Virus record (IMG/VR): IMGVR_UViG_3300045988_138000
From: a virus
Strand: one strand, 5' to 3'
DNA: 64,000 nt
In this document: positions 35,644-44,597 of the stretch, in pieces
Position numbering within the stretch: position 1 is the stretch's first letter
Layout: each line of letters begins with the position of its first letter
Made by a program: the position numbers and the translations under genes
Notes under the pieces: model-generated
What the model was told of the DNA's origin: nothing
What the model saw: the letters and a program-made list of their open reading frames with translations, nothing else
The model's database searches: none

Positions 35644-35934
35644 TTACCCTTTTTCTACTAATTCCCATGTCTTTTCATCGTGAGAGGAATAGACGGTATA
35701 GGTAAGTTCACAACAGTTCTTGGCTGTCCTCACTTCATGCAACATTTCTCTCGTATAGAAGCAACGCTCCATAAGGTACGCCAATGCCTTAAACTGGTCT
35801 TGAGTAAGAAAGACCTCCTGGTCGCCACAAGTGATGCCTACGTTGTCAGTAATGGTAGAATAGAAGATCTTTACGTCCTCTTCCTTTCCTGTGTCCTCGT
35901 TCTTTACGATTATCTTTTCTGTATTAAAACTCAT
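35644..35934 (-). CDS. hypothetical protein (96 aa)
   Basis: Track ORF with an AAGGAG SD-like sequence 9 nt upstream of the ATG. Confidence 0.55.
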   Translation of the reverse strand: MSFNTEKIIVKNEDTGKEEDVKIFYSTITDNVGITCGDQEVFLTQDQFKALAYLMERCFYTREMLHEVRTAKNCCELTYTVYSSHDEKTWELVEKG

Positions 35935-36078
35935 TAATTATTTCTCCTTTTATTTATAATTCAACAAACACACAAATTCCACCACTTGCAGCGATCAGTG
36001 CGTTTACAAGCTTACTCCCATCCTCGCCATTCGAGCCGATGGCTAACGGGATGCACGGAAATGTAGATGTGGGTCATG

Positions 36079-36540
36079 TTACTCTTGAAGATACTCGCCG
36101 TATAGTTTCCACTCCTTATCATGGATGTTGCCGACAACCTCAAAGCTCTTCATCTTCTCTTGCAAGAGATCATCTGGGATGCCGTCTTCGAGACCACCTA
36201 CGTCAGAGTAGGGATTTTTTACCGTAACGATACCAAAGCAAGCTTTCTTCTCACAATAATACACTACGGCATAGTAGTCGTCGCGAGTATTGTATTCGAT
36301 TCTGCTATACGGATATTCGTCCGATCGCAATACGTCGCCTTCATAAATCTCCTTGCCGTTCTTGTCGGTGAAGCCAGTGAACTGGCATACAGTAGAGGGG
36401 TCAACAGCAAACGTAAAAACAGGGCGTCCATCACTGACTGGATTATTTTTTACGAGAGTCTGGTCACCCACATGGGACAAATCGCCGTAATTCCACTTCC
36501 CGTCCTCTATACTCTTACCCTTAAACTTAATTGTTCTCAT
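36079..36540 (-). CDS. YopX-family protein (paralog 1)
   Basis: MRTIKFKGKS...VCQFTGFTDKNGKEIYEGDVL...FEVVGNIHD is the YopX hallmark. Confidence 0.85.
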   Translation of the reverse strand: MRTIKFKGKSIEDGKWNYGDLSHVGDQTLVKNNPVSDGRPVFTFAVDPSTVCQFTGFTDKNGKEIYEGDVLRSDEYPYSRIEYNTRDDYYAVVYYCEKKACFGIVTVKNPYSDVGGLEDGIPDDLLQEKMKSFEVVGNIHDKEWKLYGEYLQE

Positions 36541-36545
36541 AATTC

Positions 36546-36575
36546 TCTATTTTAAATTATTACTCATATTCTATC
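36546..36575 (-). repeat. 30-bp leader, exact copy 2
   Basis: Identical to 35597-35626. Ends 5 nt upstream of ATG 36540. Confidence 0.85.
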
Positions 36576-36601
36576 AATACAATGGTGTGCTGCCCACAGC
36601 T

Positions 36602-36745
36602 CTATCCTTCTTCGAGAAAGGGTCTATACGTCTCCAACACTTCATCGGTCATCAAACCTCGGTCTGTAAATTGTTCTTCAATGATGTCGTCGGGAATCCA
36701 TTCGGGATGCTCTCGACAGATGCGTTCAAAATCTTCTCTTGTCAT
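36602..36745 (-). CDS. small acidic ORF (47 aa)
   Basis: My translation is MTREDFERICREHPEWIPDDIIEEQFTDRGLMTDEVLETYRPFLEEG. The ATG overlaps the stop of the C5-MTase gene. Below the track's size cut-off. Confidence 0.45.
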   Translation of the reverse strand: MTREDFERICREHPEWIPDDIIEEQFTDRGLMTDEVLETYRPFLEEG

Positions 36746-36746
36746 A

Positions 36747-37798
36747 TCAATCAAATAATGTTAGAATGGTAGGTTTGCGTTCTCGCTCAAGTGCTGTACC
36801 TGCAAGAGAAGGGAATAGACGAGAGAAAATGTCGGACATTATATCCACAACGATACTGTTACCTCCAAGGTCGCCAATTTGATTGGGCGACAATCCAGAA
36901 TGATACAACGTTTGAATGTCCTTGTCTTCAAGTCCCATCAGGCGCATTTGCTCAAAAGCCGTAAACTTGCGTACCGATTTGTCGATTGGATTATAAACGT
37001 ACATTCCAACGTTCCCCCCCCAACTGAACCTGTTGTGCAACAATGCGCACAATCCAGTTTATGAAAATTAGCAACGTGTCCTTTTGCATCCCTACTATGA
37101 CCAAAAAGAAACACTTGGCTGCTGCCAGGTTCTATATCGTCCAGCCGCGCAAGACGCATAAACTCACTGTAAGTTTTTCCTTTAAGATACGAAGTCTGCG
37201 GACCTAACGGCAGAAGAATGTCCGACAACTGCTTGTATCGGGTACGCTGCGGATGGGCGTTAAACTCAAAGCCTCGGTCGTAATCCTTCAATATGCTTAC
37301 CATAAATATACGCTCTCGGTTTTGTGGAATGTAATCTTTAGCGTTGATAACCTTATAGTAGTTGTTATAACCCATTGTTTCAAGCCTTGCAAGCCATTGC
37401 TCGAAATCGGGACGAAACTTTGCACTTAATAAATCGCGCACATTCTCCATAAGCAACCATGTAGGATGCTTTGCAGATATAGCTTTCTCACACTCCCATA
37501 ATAAAGAGCTACTTGTGCCCGTACCTTCAGTAAGACCGCGCTTGTCGCCTATACGACTAATGTCGGTACAAGGAAACGAGTAGGTAAAGAGATCGAAATC
37601 AGGCACTCTATCCCAATTAACTTTTGATATGTTACCATAATTGTGCACATAGCCATGCAGAGCCCGATAAGCGGTCAACGCTTCGGGCTTTATCTCGCTT
37701 ATGCCTACGGACTTATAGGGTATGCGAGCCATTTCCATTGCCAATGCTTGCGAGCCGTAGCCTGCAAAAGCTTCAAACATTCGGATTGTCATCATCAT
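36747..37798 (-). pseudogene. DNA (cytosine-5) methyltransferase interrupted by a frameshift in a G8 run (possibly phase-variable)
   Basis: ORF 36938..37798 has FEAFAGYGSQ (I), SFPCTDIS (IV), LMENV (VI) and QNRERIF (VIII). ORF 36747..37052 has DLGGNSIVV (X). The frames change in CCCCCCCC at 37014-37021. Confidence 0.85.
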
Positions 37799-38060
37799 TA
37801 TTGTCTTGTTGCTTCCGTTTCTGTCCTTCCTTGCAAACTATCTTGCCTCTATCCTTCAGTCGGAGGCAGAAATATTCACAATTCCAACATGCGCAGCTAT
37901 CCACTCTTACTGTTTCGGGATTATCGTTGCAGAACGAGTCCCCAGTCTCCACCATATCGTGAGGACATTCGGTGTTCTTGACGAGAGTGAATCCTTTTTC
38001 CTCAAGCAAGTCGATAAGTTTGCTGCACTCTTGCTTTAAGTTCACGTTCTCGCTTCGCAT
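37773..38060 (-). CDS. Cys-rich protein (95 aa from the internal ATG); may be the C-terminal part of 38002..38346 via a frameshift
   Basis: Track ORF 37773..38096 starts at GTG. The ATG at 38060 gives MRSENVNLKQECSKL...CPHD...CACWNCEYFC. Confidence 0.45.
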   Translation of the reverse strand: MRSENVNLKQECSKLIDLLEEKGFTLVKNTECPHDMVETGDSFCNDNPETVRVDSCACWNCEYFCLRLKDRGKIVCKEGQKRKQQDNNDDDNPNV

Positions 38061-38346
38061 TTTGACAAGCGCTTTTTCTGAGGTTGTCGGTCTCACGCCC
38101 TTGCGCCATGTTAGCGTTGCAGACGTTGGAGTAAGCTTTATGCAATTTCTCGAAATTAGCCGTCTTCATGTCCAGTTCCACTAACACATCCTTATGCTTT
38201 TCTTCCAGATTGTGGAGTTTTTTTACTACCCTGTTATTGTCTCTGGCAAGACGATGTATTTTGAGTTCCATCGCCACATTTTCGACTTCCAATTCTCCCA
38301 AACGTCTTGCATAGGCAACACGATTTCTAAATTCCTGATGTTTCAT
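38002..38346 (-). CDS. coiled-coil protein (114 aa)
   Basis: Track ORF overlapping the next ORF by 59-95 nt in another frame. Confidence 0.5.
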   Translation of the reverse strand: MKHQEFRNRVAYARRLGELEVENVAMELKIHRLARDNNRVVKKLHNLEEKHKDVLVELDMKTANFEKLHKAYSNVCNANMAQGRETDNLRKSACQNAKRERELKARVQQTYRLA

Positions 38347-38370
38347 TGTCTCTATTGTTTTTATCCCACG

Positions 38371-38781
38371 TTAAACTTTTCTTTTTCCTGCAAGGCCCTC
38401 CTCAAGTTGTCTGTTAAAATTTATCCAGTCCTGCAACTGCTCATCATATTCAATATCACCAAGTGTATATATCAAACCGTAGGCATCGCATACTGGATGA
38501 GATAACGGTAAGGGTGCTTGGGGCTCACTATAACATATAATGGTAGTTCCATCGTTGTATTGTGCAGTTTTTTGCTCTCCGTATTTCAGCAAGAAGATCA
38601 AGCCCTTCTGCATATTGTATTTCAGTTCAGACATAGAGAACCTTCGTCCTAAATATCCGTTCACAACATAACCTCCTGCATAATACTGGTAGGAAGCTCC
38701 ATCGAGTTGATGACGATAGAGGGTAAGTTTAGCTCGTGATAAGAGAGATTTAAGTACTCTGCGAGTTGCGAATTTTCCCAT
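38371..38781 (-). CDS. hypothetical protein (136 aa)
   Basis: Track ORF in operon. Confidence 0.55.
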   Translation of the reverse strand: MGKFATRRVLKSLLSRAKLTLYRHQLDGASYQYYAGGYVVNGYLGRRFSMSELKYNMQKGLIFLLKYGEQKTAQYNDGTTIICYSEPQAPLPLSHPVCDAYGLIYTLGDIEYDEQLQDWINFNRQLEEGLAGKRKV

Positions 38782-38798
38782 AACATTATCATTTATTT

Positions 38799-39431
38799 TT
38801 AAGGTTCAACTTCTCCTGCCACTTCTTTTGACTTCAACCATCGTCTTTTCTTTTTCATCATCTTGTAGGTGTAATCGCCCAGTTGCTGATAGTCGCCCTG
38901 CTCTATATTCCATTGACACCCTGCTTTTTTCAAACAACGACTAAAATCCAGATAGTCTCTGAGAGGAATAAAGGGCGAAAGAGATTCATTACCCCAAAGG
39001 AAGATGGTGGGGCAGCGATCGAAGATGATATTCAAATGATGGTCCATAACAAAATCTCGAAGCCTTATCGTATCACGAGGGTCGCGGACGTGCAATTCGT
39101 ACACGCCACTCGGAAGTATCGACAGATAGGCGTAGCAGTAGAGACGTTTTTCTTCGGCTTTATATCTCTCAGCACACGCAATGCGAATTTCGGAACTGGA
39201 AGATGATAATATCTCATAAAGACGACCATCCTCAATTTCTATAGAGCAAAACGGAAAATAACGCCTTTCATAGATTGTCTTTTCCGAGGTCGGTTTTCCT
39301 CTACCAGCAAGCAACACTCTGAGTACAAAACGTATGATGCAGAACACGAGTACTGCACCACAGGATATGCCTATTATAGCAACAAGTGATATGCTTGCGA
39401 CACTAAAAATCAACAATAATGTATTCACCAT
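38799..39431 (-). CDS. membrane-anchored hypothetical protein (210 aa)
   Basis: N-terminal TM LLLIFSVASISLVAIIGISCGAVLVFCII. Confidence 0.55.
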   Translation of the reverse strand: MVNTLLLIFSVASISLVAIIGISCGAVLVFCIIRFVLRVLLAGRGKPTSEKTIYERRYFPFCSIEIEDGRLYEILSSSSSEIRIACAERYKAEEKRLYCYAYLSILPSGVYELHVRDPRDTIRLRDFVMDHHLNIIFDRCPTIFLWGNESLSPFIPLRDYLDFSRCLKKAGCQWNIEQGDYQQLGDYTYKMMKKKRRWLKSKEVAGEVEP

Positions 39432-39468
39432 ATATTCTATTCTGTTATATTCTATTATTACAAAAAGT

Positions 39469-40170
39469 TTATTCGTCCGCTTCCACCACTTTCAACCCAT
39501 GCCTTGCAGCCGTTGCCTCGCGCCGTGCTGACCGCTGTGTCTCGCTGTCGTAGCAGATGATGTGAGGGTCGCCTAATGGGTCGGCAAAGTAGTTACACTG
39601 GCGTATCATAGCATGTTTCTGAGCCGAAGCCCTGTATGATAGCGGGATGGTGGGAACACGGAGGCGGGTCTTGCGCTCCAGTCCGTAGAAGGCACGCAGA
39701 TGCTCCTTGTGCCATAACTCCTTGCGCTGCTCGCTCTTCTTGCGCAACATTCGCTTGTATTTTCGAGGATTGTTGGCTTTGAGTTGCTTTATCGGACAGA
39801 AGCCGGCGGCAGTGAGACGGTGTCTGGCTTCTATACAAGCCTCGGATGGAGCCTTGCCCCGCAGGGAGTCGTAATAGCCGTTGCGCTCGCAAATCTTCTT
39901 CGTATCCTTGGCTTGCTGCTTACGGATGGCCTTCATGTCCTTCTCAAGCCTTAACTCGCGCTTGAAGCGTTGCAGGGTGGAAAAGCCGATGCCGAACCAC
40001 GTCATCATGCGGCGGTTGGAGTTCTTGGGGAAGAGCTTGCAGAAACGCTCCTTCAGCTCGCCTTCGAGATAATACTCATCTTTGCCAGCTTTGTATTTCG
40101 GTCGCGTAGGTATCTGCCACTTGGCTGGAGTGGTGGGCTTGTTGGGTGTCTTGGTATTACGGAAACTCAT
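39469..40170 (-). CDS. basic hypothetical protein (233 aa)
   Basis: Track ORF. Lys/Arg-rich, so possibly nucleic-acid binding. Plus-strand ORFs here are GC artefacts. Confidence 0.55.
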   Translation of the reverse strand: MSFRNTKTPNKPTTPAKWQIPTRPKYKAGKDEYYLEGELKERFCKLFPKNSNRRMMTWFGIGFSTLQRFKRELRLEKDMKAIRKQQAKDTKKICERNGYYDSLRGKAPSEACIEARHRLTAAGFCPIKQLKANNPRKYKRMLRKKSEQRKELWHKEHLRAFYGLERKTRLRVPTIPLSYRASAQKHAMIRQCNYFADPLGDPHIICYDSETQRSARREATAARHGLKVVEADE

Positions 40171-40658
40171 GATGGTTGTTCCTTATCTTCTTTTTGTAAA
40201 TGCTCACCATATTGCTTCCACTCGGGGTCATGGATATTGCCGACGACCTCGAAGTTCTTCATTCTCTCTCGCGAGACGCAATCGAGGATGCCGTCAGAAA
40301 TTCCTTTTACGTCAGAGGCGGGATTCTTTACCTTCACGAGGTCAAAGCAAGCATCCTCCTCGCTGTAACACACTACGGCGTAGTAACTGTCGCGCTTGTT
40401 TAATCTTGAGCAACTGTACGGATATTCGTCCGATCGCAACACGTCGCCCTCGTAAATCTTCTTACCGTTCTTGTCGAGAAGACCGATAAACTGGCAGACG
40501 GTATCAGGGTCAATTTGATATACCCCAGTGAACCCCATTTTGCCTTCTTCTTCAACAAATCCCGAGATGTTTGATTTTCCATCAAGAGAATGGGCAAAAT
40601 CACCTGACACCCACTGTCCATACATAAGGCTCAAGCCTTTAAACTTAATTGTTCTCAT
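40167..40658 (-). CDS. YopX-family protein (paralog 2)
   Basis: MRTIKFKGLS...VCQFIGLLDKNGKKIYEGDVL...FEVVGNIHD. Confidence 0.85.
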   Translation of the reverse strand: MRTIKFKGLSLMYGQWVSGDFAHSLDGKSNISGFVEEEGKMGFTGVYQIDPDTVCQFIGLLDKNGKKIYEGDVLRSDEYPYSCSRLNKRDSYYAVVCYSEEDACFDLVKVKNPASDVKGISDGILDCVSRERMKNFEVVGNIHDPEWKQYGEHLQKEDKEQPS

Positions 40659-40692
40659 TGTTCTCTATCTTTTCGTTAATACTCATATCGTT

Positions 40693-40956
40693 TTATCTCT
40701 TTCTTCGCTTCGCCTTGCGTCGTTCTTGCAGGTTATGCTGCACCAGTGGCGTAATGGTAAACGATGGCGATCCATCGGGCATGATAAAACGGACAATCCT
40801 CTTTATATTGCCTTCAAGAAAATCGTCTATAGTATCCACTACAGCGCTGAGAATCTCGATTTGCGATTTCTTCTCACCAGTCTGCTGCTCATACAAATAA
40901 CGGATATATTCCGAATTAACGGTCACGATGTATTGTCTTCCTTTATGTATCTTCAT
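40693..40956 (-). CDS. hypothetical protein (87 aa)
   Basis: Track ORF in operon. Confidence 0.5.
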   Translation of the reverse strand: MKIHKGRQYIVTVNSEYIRYLYEQQTGEKKSQIEILSAVVDTIDDFLEGNIKRIVRFIMPDGSPSFTITPLVQHNLQERRKAKRRKR

Positions 40957-40982
40957 AGTCCTCTATATTTTTGTTGATACAG

Positions 40983-41342
40983 TTATTTGAATTTTATGGT
41001 ATCGAGCCATTTGTCGGGGCACATACCTTTCTTAGGCTTACCGATGCTGATACTGACAATCTCCTTCTTAACACGTGGACTATCCTTGCGATAGCCGTTG
41101 ACGAAGAGGACGTGAGTCAGTGCTTTGCCACACTCTTTAAAAATGTCTTTTCTGTCTCTGATGACATTGTGTTGCAAAGCCAAAGAAATGGTATCTGCTC
41201 CAACCAATGCTCTTGACATATCAAATATACGCCTTACCCAGTACGGCTTAATCTCCCGATACTCCTCGGTCTTTCCGCCAGCCACAATCATGTCGAACCA
41301 TTGCTTGCTGACTGTGAGGGTAAGAACCTTTTTGGTTTCCAT
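40983..41342 (-). CDS. ASCH-domain protein
   Basis: LTLTVSKQWFDMIVAGGKTEEYREIKPYW matches the ASCH N-terminal pattern. Confidence 0.65.
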   Translation of the reverse strand: METKKVLTLTVSKQWFDMIVAGGKTEEYREIKPYWVRRIFDMSRALVGADTISLALQHNVIRDRKDIFKECGKALTHVLFVNGYRKDSPRVKKEIVSISIGKPKKGMCPDKWLDTIKFK

Positions 41343-41345
41343 ACG

Positions 41346-42140
41346 CTACTCTTCTTTATCTTTCGGCTTTTCAATCAAGAACCCGATGTTGGCATGAATG
41401 TTACCAAGCTTATACCACTTTTGGCTGATAGTCATTACGTAACTGCTGAAGGCTTCATCTTCAATTTCCAATTCAAATTCCTCATCGGTATCAGGCTCGC
41501 CGTGTCTTACGTAACCTTTGCCAGGAGTATAGATTAGACGATGATAACCACCATTCTGACAGAGATACAGACCGCTGTTCTCATAATCCGAACTCCAAAA
41601 TTCCGGCTTATTTATATAGCAGAGCATCACATCACCATCGTAGATAGGGATATGTGATTTCTTGCCTTCGTTCTCACCTACATACTCCCTGGCATCAACA
41701 TAATCTACCTGTCGGGCGGTAGTCATCAATACATAGCCATTTTTTATCATTTCGGCTATCTCGACAAACGAAGCCTGACATTGCAGATCAAACTCCTTCT
41801 GGATACATTCATCACCTTTTTCAAATATGGCAAGGATTCTTGAATTTCCATACGCACCAGAGGCAGAGGAATCTTTGACAAGACTATTCAGCATCTGTAA
41901 TTTGCGAGCTTCCTGCGCCATACTTATCATAGTGTGAAAATAGTCGTCTGATTTATCGTTGATACACCAATACAGCCCGGAAGCCACCTTGCGCAAATAG
42001 CCGTACATATCCATCGCCACACGCTCCGAAATGCCATGCTGCATACACACGAACTTGTATTGATCTGGATAAAAATGTTCTACCAAATTGCAGAATGCCT
42101 GCATATTTTTGATGGTGCTTACATATTCTTCTGTTTTCAT
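41346..42140 (-). CDS. hypothetical protein (264 aa)
   Basis: Track ORF, with a 3-nt gap to each neighbour. Confidence 0.6.
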   Translation of the reverse strand: MKTEEYVSTIKNMQAFCNLVEHFYPDQYKFVCMQHGISERVAMDMYGYLRKVASGLYWCINDKSDDYFHTMISMAQEARKLQMLNSLVKDSSASGAYGNSRILAIFEKGDECIQKEFDLQCQASFVEIAEMIKNGYVLMTTARQVDYVDAREYVGENEGKKSHIPIYDGDVMLCYINKPEFWSSDYENSGLYLCQNGGYHRLIYTPGKGYVRHGEPDTDEEFELEIEDEAFSSYVMTISQKWYKLGNIHANIGFLIEKPKDKEE

Positions 42141-42143
42141 ACG

Positions 42144-42539
42144 CTACTCATTTATTTTTAACTTCTCAAAATAGAACACTACAGGGGCATCAAATGCAGG
42201 AATAAGTAAACCGTATGCAATACTCATGTTTACCTGGAATTTAGCTGCACCTCTCAGCAACCCTTCTGCCTGTTGCTTGATGGCATTTCTGAACTGTTCG
42301 ACGCTCATATCACGTTTACGAAAATTACAGGCACGGCAAGAAGGCATATAGTTGCTGATTTTATCTTCTCCGTGGGAAACTATGAATTTCCCATCCTTAG
42401 CACTCCAGCGAGAGTAATAACCTCTATTTTTGGGAACAATATGATCGACCTGCATGTCCTCGTACTTTATCGATTTTCCACAATAAGCACAATGACCATC
42501 ATACATTTTGTAAACGCGAAGCCGTTCTTCTTTCTTCAT
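42144..42539 (-). CDS. HNH endonuclease
   Basis: CAYCGK...VDHIVPKNRG...SNYMPSCRACNFRK is an HNH motif with flanking Cys pairs. Confidence 0.8.
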   Translation of the reverse strand: MKKEERLRVYKMYDGHCAYCGKSIKYEDMQVDHIVPKNRGYYSRWSAKDGKFIVSHGEDKISNYMPSCRACNFRKRDMSVEQFRNAIKQQAEGLLRGAAKFQVNMSIAYGLLIPAFDAPVVFYFEKLKINE

Positions 42540-42542
42540 ACG

Positions 42543-42917
42543 CTACTTCTTGTTATCGAATTTATTGCCAATAACTTTACACGTTATCTTCCCGTCCCAT
42601 GTTGTATAATTAGATAAAGAGTACAAAGCATTATCATAAATAGAGTGAATAAGGAAAGCACCTTGGTTAAAACAGATTTCTCCTATATTAGGACCTTCAA
42701 GTATATCTCCTTCCCAAACCTCATTGCCTTCACAATCTGTCAATCCTGTAAACTGACAGACGGTTTCATGGTCAACTCTGTGCACTATTGGTACATCAGA
42801 AAACTCGTCACTGGGGTAACTTATGCCAACATAACTTGTGCTATGTATCAAGTCGCCTTTTACCCATTCTCCGTTATCAAGACGTTTTGCCTTAAACTTG
42901 ATATTTTCTGTTTTCAT
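42543..42917 (-). CDS. YopX-family protein (paralog 3, shorter)
   Basis: IKFKAKRLDNGEWVKGDL...VCQFTGLTDCEGNEVWEGDIL...KVIGNKFD. Confidence 0.8.
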   Translation of the reverse strand: MKTENIKFKAKRLDNGEWVKGDLIHSTSYVGISYPSDEFSDVPIVHRVDHETVCQFTGLTDCEGNEVWEGDILEGPNIGEICFNQGAFLIHSIYDNALYSLSNYTTWDGKITCKVIGNKFDNKK

Positions 42918-43153
42918 TCGCTACTCTTCTTATTACAAGGACAACTCTTGGCGTGAATAACACAAACTCCATGTTTCGTGTCCACAAGCAGATAGTCATG
43001 CCCATTCTTTGAAAATACTGTTGTACTAAAATCTTTCGCAGGTTCATTTCTTTTAACTAATGAGAAAAAACCTTCAAAAGCCAACGCGCTTACAAGCAAG
43101 CACAAGACGAACCAAATAGTTGACTTGGCTAAGACTAAAATCTTATTCTTCAT
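42914..43153 (-). CDS. small membrane or secreted protein (79 aa)
   Basis: N-terminal hydrophobic segment IWFVLCLLVSALAF. GGAGGA lies 8 nt upstream of the ATG. Confidence 0.5.
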   Translation of the reverse strand: MKNKILVLAKSTIWFVLCLLVSALAFEGFFSLVKRNEPAKDFSTTVFSKNGHDYLLVDTKHGVCVIHAKSCPCNKKSSE

Positions 43154-43156
43154 ACA

Positions 43157-43543
43157 CTATTCCTCCAATTTAATACCGAAAGGAGTTCCGTCGAAGAAGG
43201 TGTTGTCTTGATAGCTATTTTTTGAAGCCAGCAAGATGGCGCTACCATCCTTATCGCCCAAGCCTGCATAAAAGTTATCAACAGATATGATATTTTGATA
43301 ACCACCTTCTTTGGCTTTTATCCAGCCGAATGGTTGATGCTTCAGCATCTCCTGCAAACATTCTTCGGCATTTGCAAACGAGCGATACTTTGGCTCTGGC
43401 TTGATGCGGTAACTATCAGGCTTTCCTGCAAAGCTCATGTTTTCTATGCTCATCCAGCCTGAGCCTGTTTTGGTTTCAACATCTTTTCCGTCTGCAAATG
43501 CCTGAATAACAGGCATTAGTTTTTTAGCTTCTTCTCTTGTCAT
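43157..43543 (-). CDS. hypothetical protein, paralog of 44598..45005
   Basis: Start moved to MTREEAKK behind AGGAGGA. Shares ...IQAFA.GK...YRIKPE.KYR.FANAEEC..EMLKHQPFGW.K.KE...DGTPFG.KLEE with 44598..45005. Confidence 0.6.
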   Translation of the reverse strand: MTREEAKKLMPVIQAFADGKDVETKTGSGWMSIENMSFAGKPDSYRIKPEPKYRSFANAEECLQEMLKHQPFGWIKAKEGGYQNIISVDNFYAGLGDKDGSAILLASKNSYQDNTFFDGTPFGIKLEE

Positions 43544-43575
43544 GATCAATCCTCCTGTTCTTTCTATTATTATAA

Positions 43576-44043
43576 TTACTTTATGAACGCCATCCAAATA
43601 GTTTGATTCTTAGACGTAGTGCGATGCCCGAATATCGGCTTATAATCAGTAATCGCATTGAGTATGTCGTGAACCTTTATCTGATTTTCGTTCCACTTGA
43701 ATATTAGCGTTCCGTTCGTTTTTAGTACTCTCATACCTTCGTGGATTGAGTCGTTGATAAATACTTGCCAATTTTCGGGCAGCTTACCATATTTCTTACA
43801 TAGCCAGGAGTGCTCCCCCACTTTTAACAGATGAGGAGGGTCGAAAACTACCATGTCGAATGTTTCGTCTTCAAATGGCAAATTAGTGCAATCGGCAATT
43901 ATATCCGGCGCTATATCCAATTTCCTTCCATCACACAAAGTTTCATGAACTTCTCTTATATCTGCGAAGAGTACATGAGGGTCTTGCTTGTCGAAATAAA
44001 ACATACGTGACCCACAACACATATCTAATATTCTTTTCTTCAT
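43576..44043 (-). CDS. SAM-dependent DNA methyltransferase-like protein (DPPH type)
   Basis: ILDMCCGSRMF (motif I-like) and MVVFDPPHL (DPPY-like motif IV). 155 aa. Confidence 0.55.
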   Translation of the reverse strand: MKKRILDMCCGSRMFYFDKQDPHVLFADIREVHETLCDGRKLDIAPDIIADCTNLPFEDETFDMVVFDPPHLLKVGEHSWLCKKYGKLPENWQVFINDSIHEGMRVLKTNGTLIFKWNENQIKVHDILNAITDYKPIFGHRTTSKNQTIWMAFIK

Positions 44044-44046
44044 ACG

Positions 44047-44253
44047 CTATTCTTCTTGAAGTTCTACAGGCTCATCGTTCCAAGATAATTCTCTTCCAAT
44101 GAGCTTCTTGATGCTGCCTTTTGGCAGTTCTACGTAGTCGTACACTCTATTTTCGTATTCATAAAATGTTGGCGCCCATACACAATTAAGTCGTTCTGGA
44201 AATGCTTCAAAGATGTATTCGTCACCATACCTATTAACTGCTACCCATGCCAT
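44047..44253 (-). CDS. small hypothetical protein (68 aa)
   Basis: Start moved to MAWVAVNRYGDEY, 7 nt after GGAGGAA. Confidence 0.5.
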   Translation of the reverse strand: MAWVAVNRYGDEYIFEAFPERLNCVWAPTFYEYENRVYDYVELPKGSIKKLIGRELSWNDEPVELQEE

Positions 44254-44255
44254 AA

Positions 44256-44498
44256 CTATTCCTCCAATTTTGGGCTCCAGTATTTTTGCCCACAGTACTC
44301 TTCCCCACATAGCTCTCTACTGTTCTGATACTGACAATTAGAACAACTTCGCTCGCTTGGATTCCACAGCATGAAATAAATTGCATCATGAAAACCTTGG
44401 TCATATACCTCTTGTTCAAATGCGTCAAAATTTTCCTTATAAGCTCCTTCTTCTTTTGCTTGTTGAATTATTTCATTTATTTTTTCATCAATTTCCAT
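44256..44498 (-). CDS. small hypothetical protein (80 aa), Cys-rich C-terminal half
   Basis: Start moved to MEIDEKINEII behind GGAGGA. Carries CSNCQYQNSRELCGEEYC. Confidence 0.5.
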   Translation of the reverse strand: MEIDEKINEIIQQAKEEGAYKENFDAFEQEVYDQGFHDAIYFMLWNPSERSCSNCQYQNSRELCGEEYCGQKYWSPKLEE

Positions 44499-44597
44499 AA
44501 CTAATCCTCCTCTTTCATATAAGGACAAACAACTACCTTTCGATAGAATTTACATTTATCCTTGTAATCACAAAAATCATAAAAACACCAAGCTATA

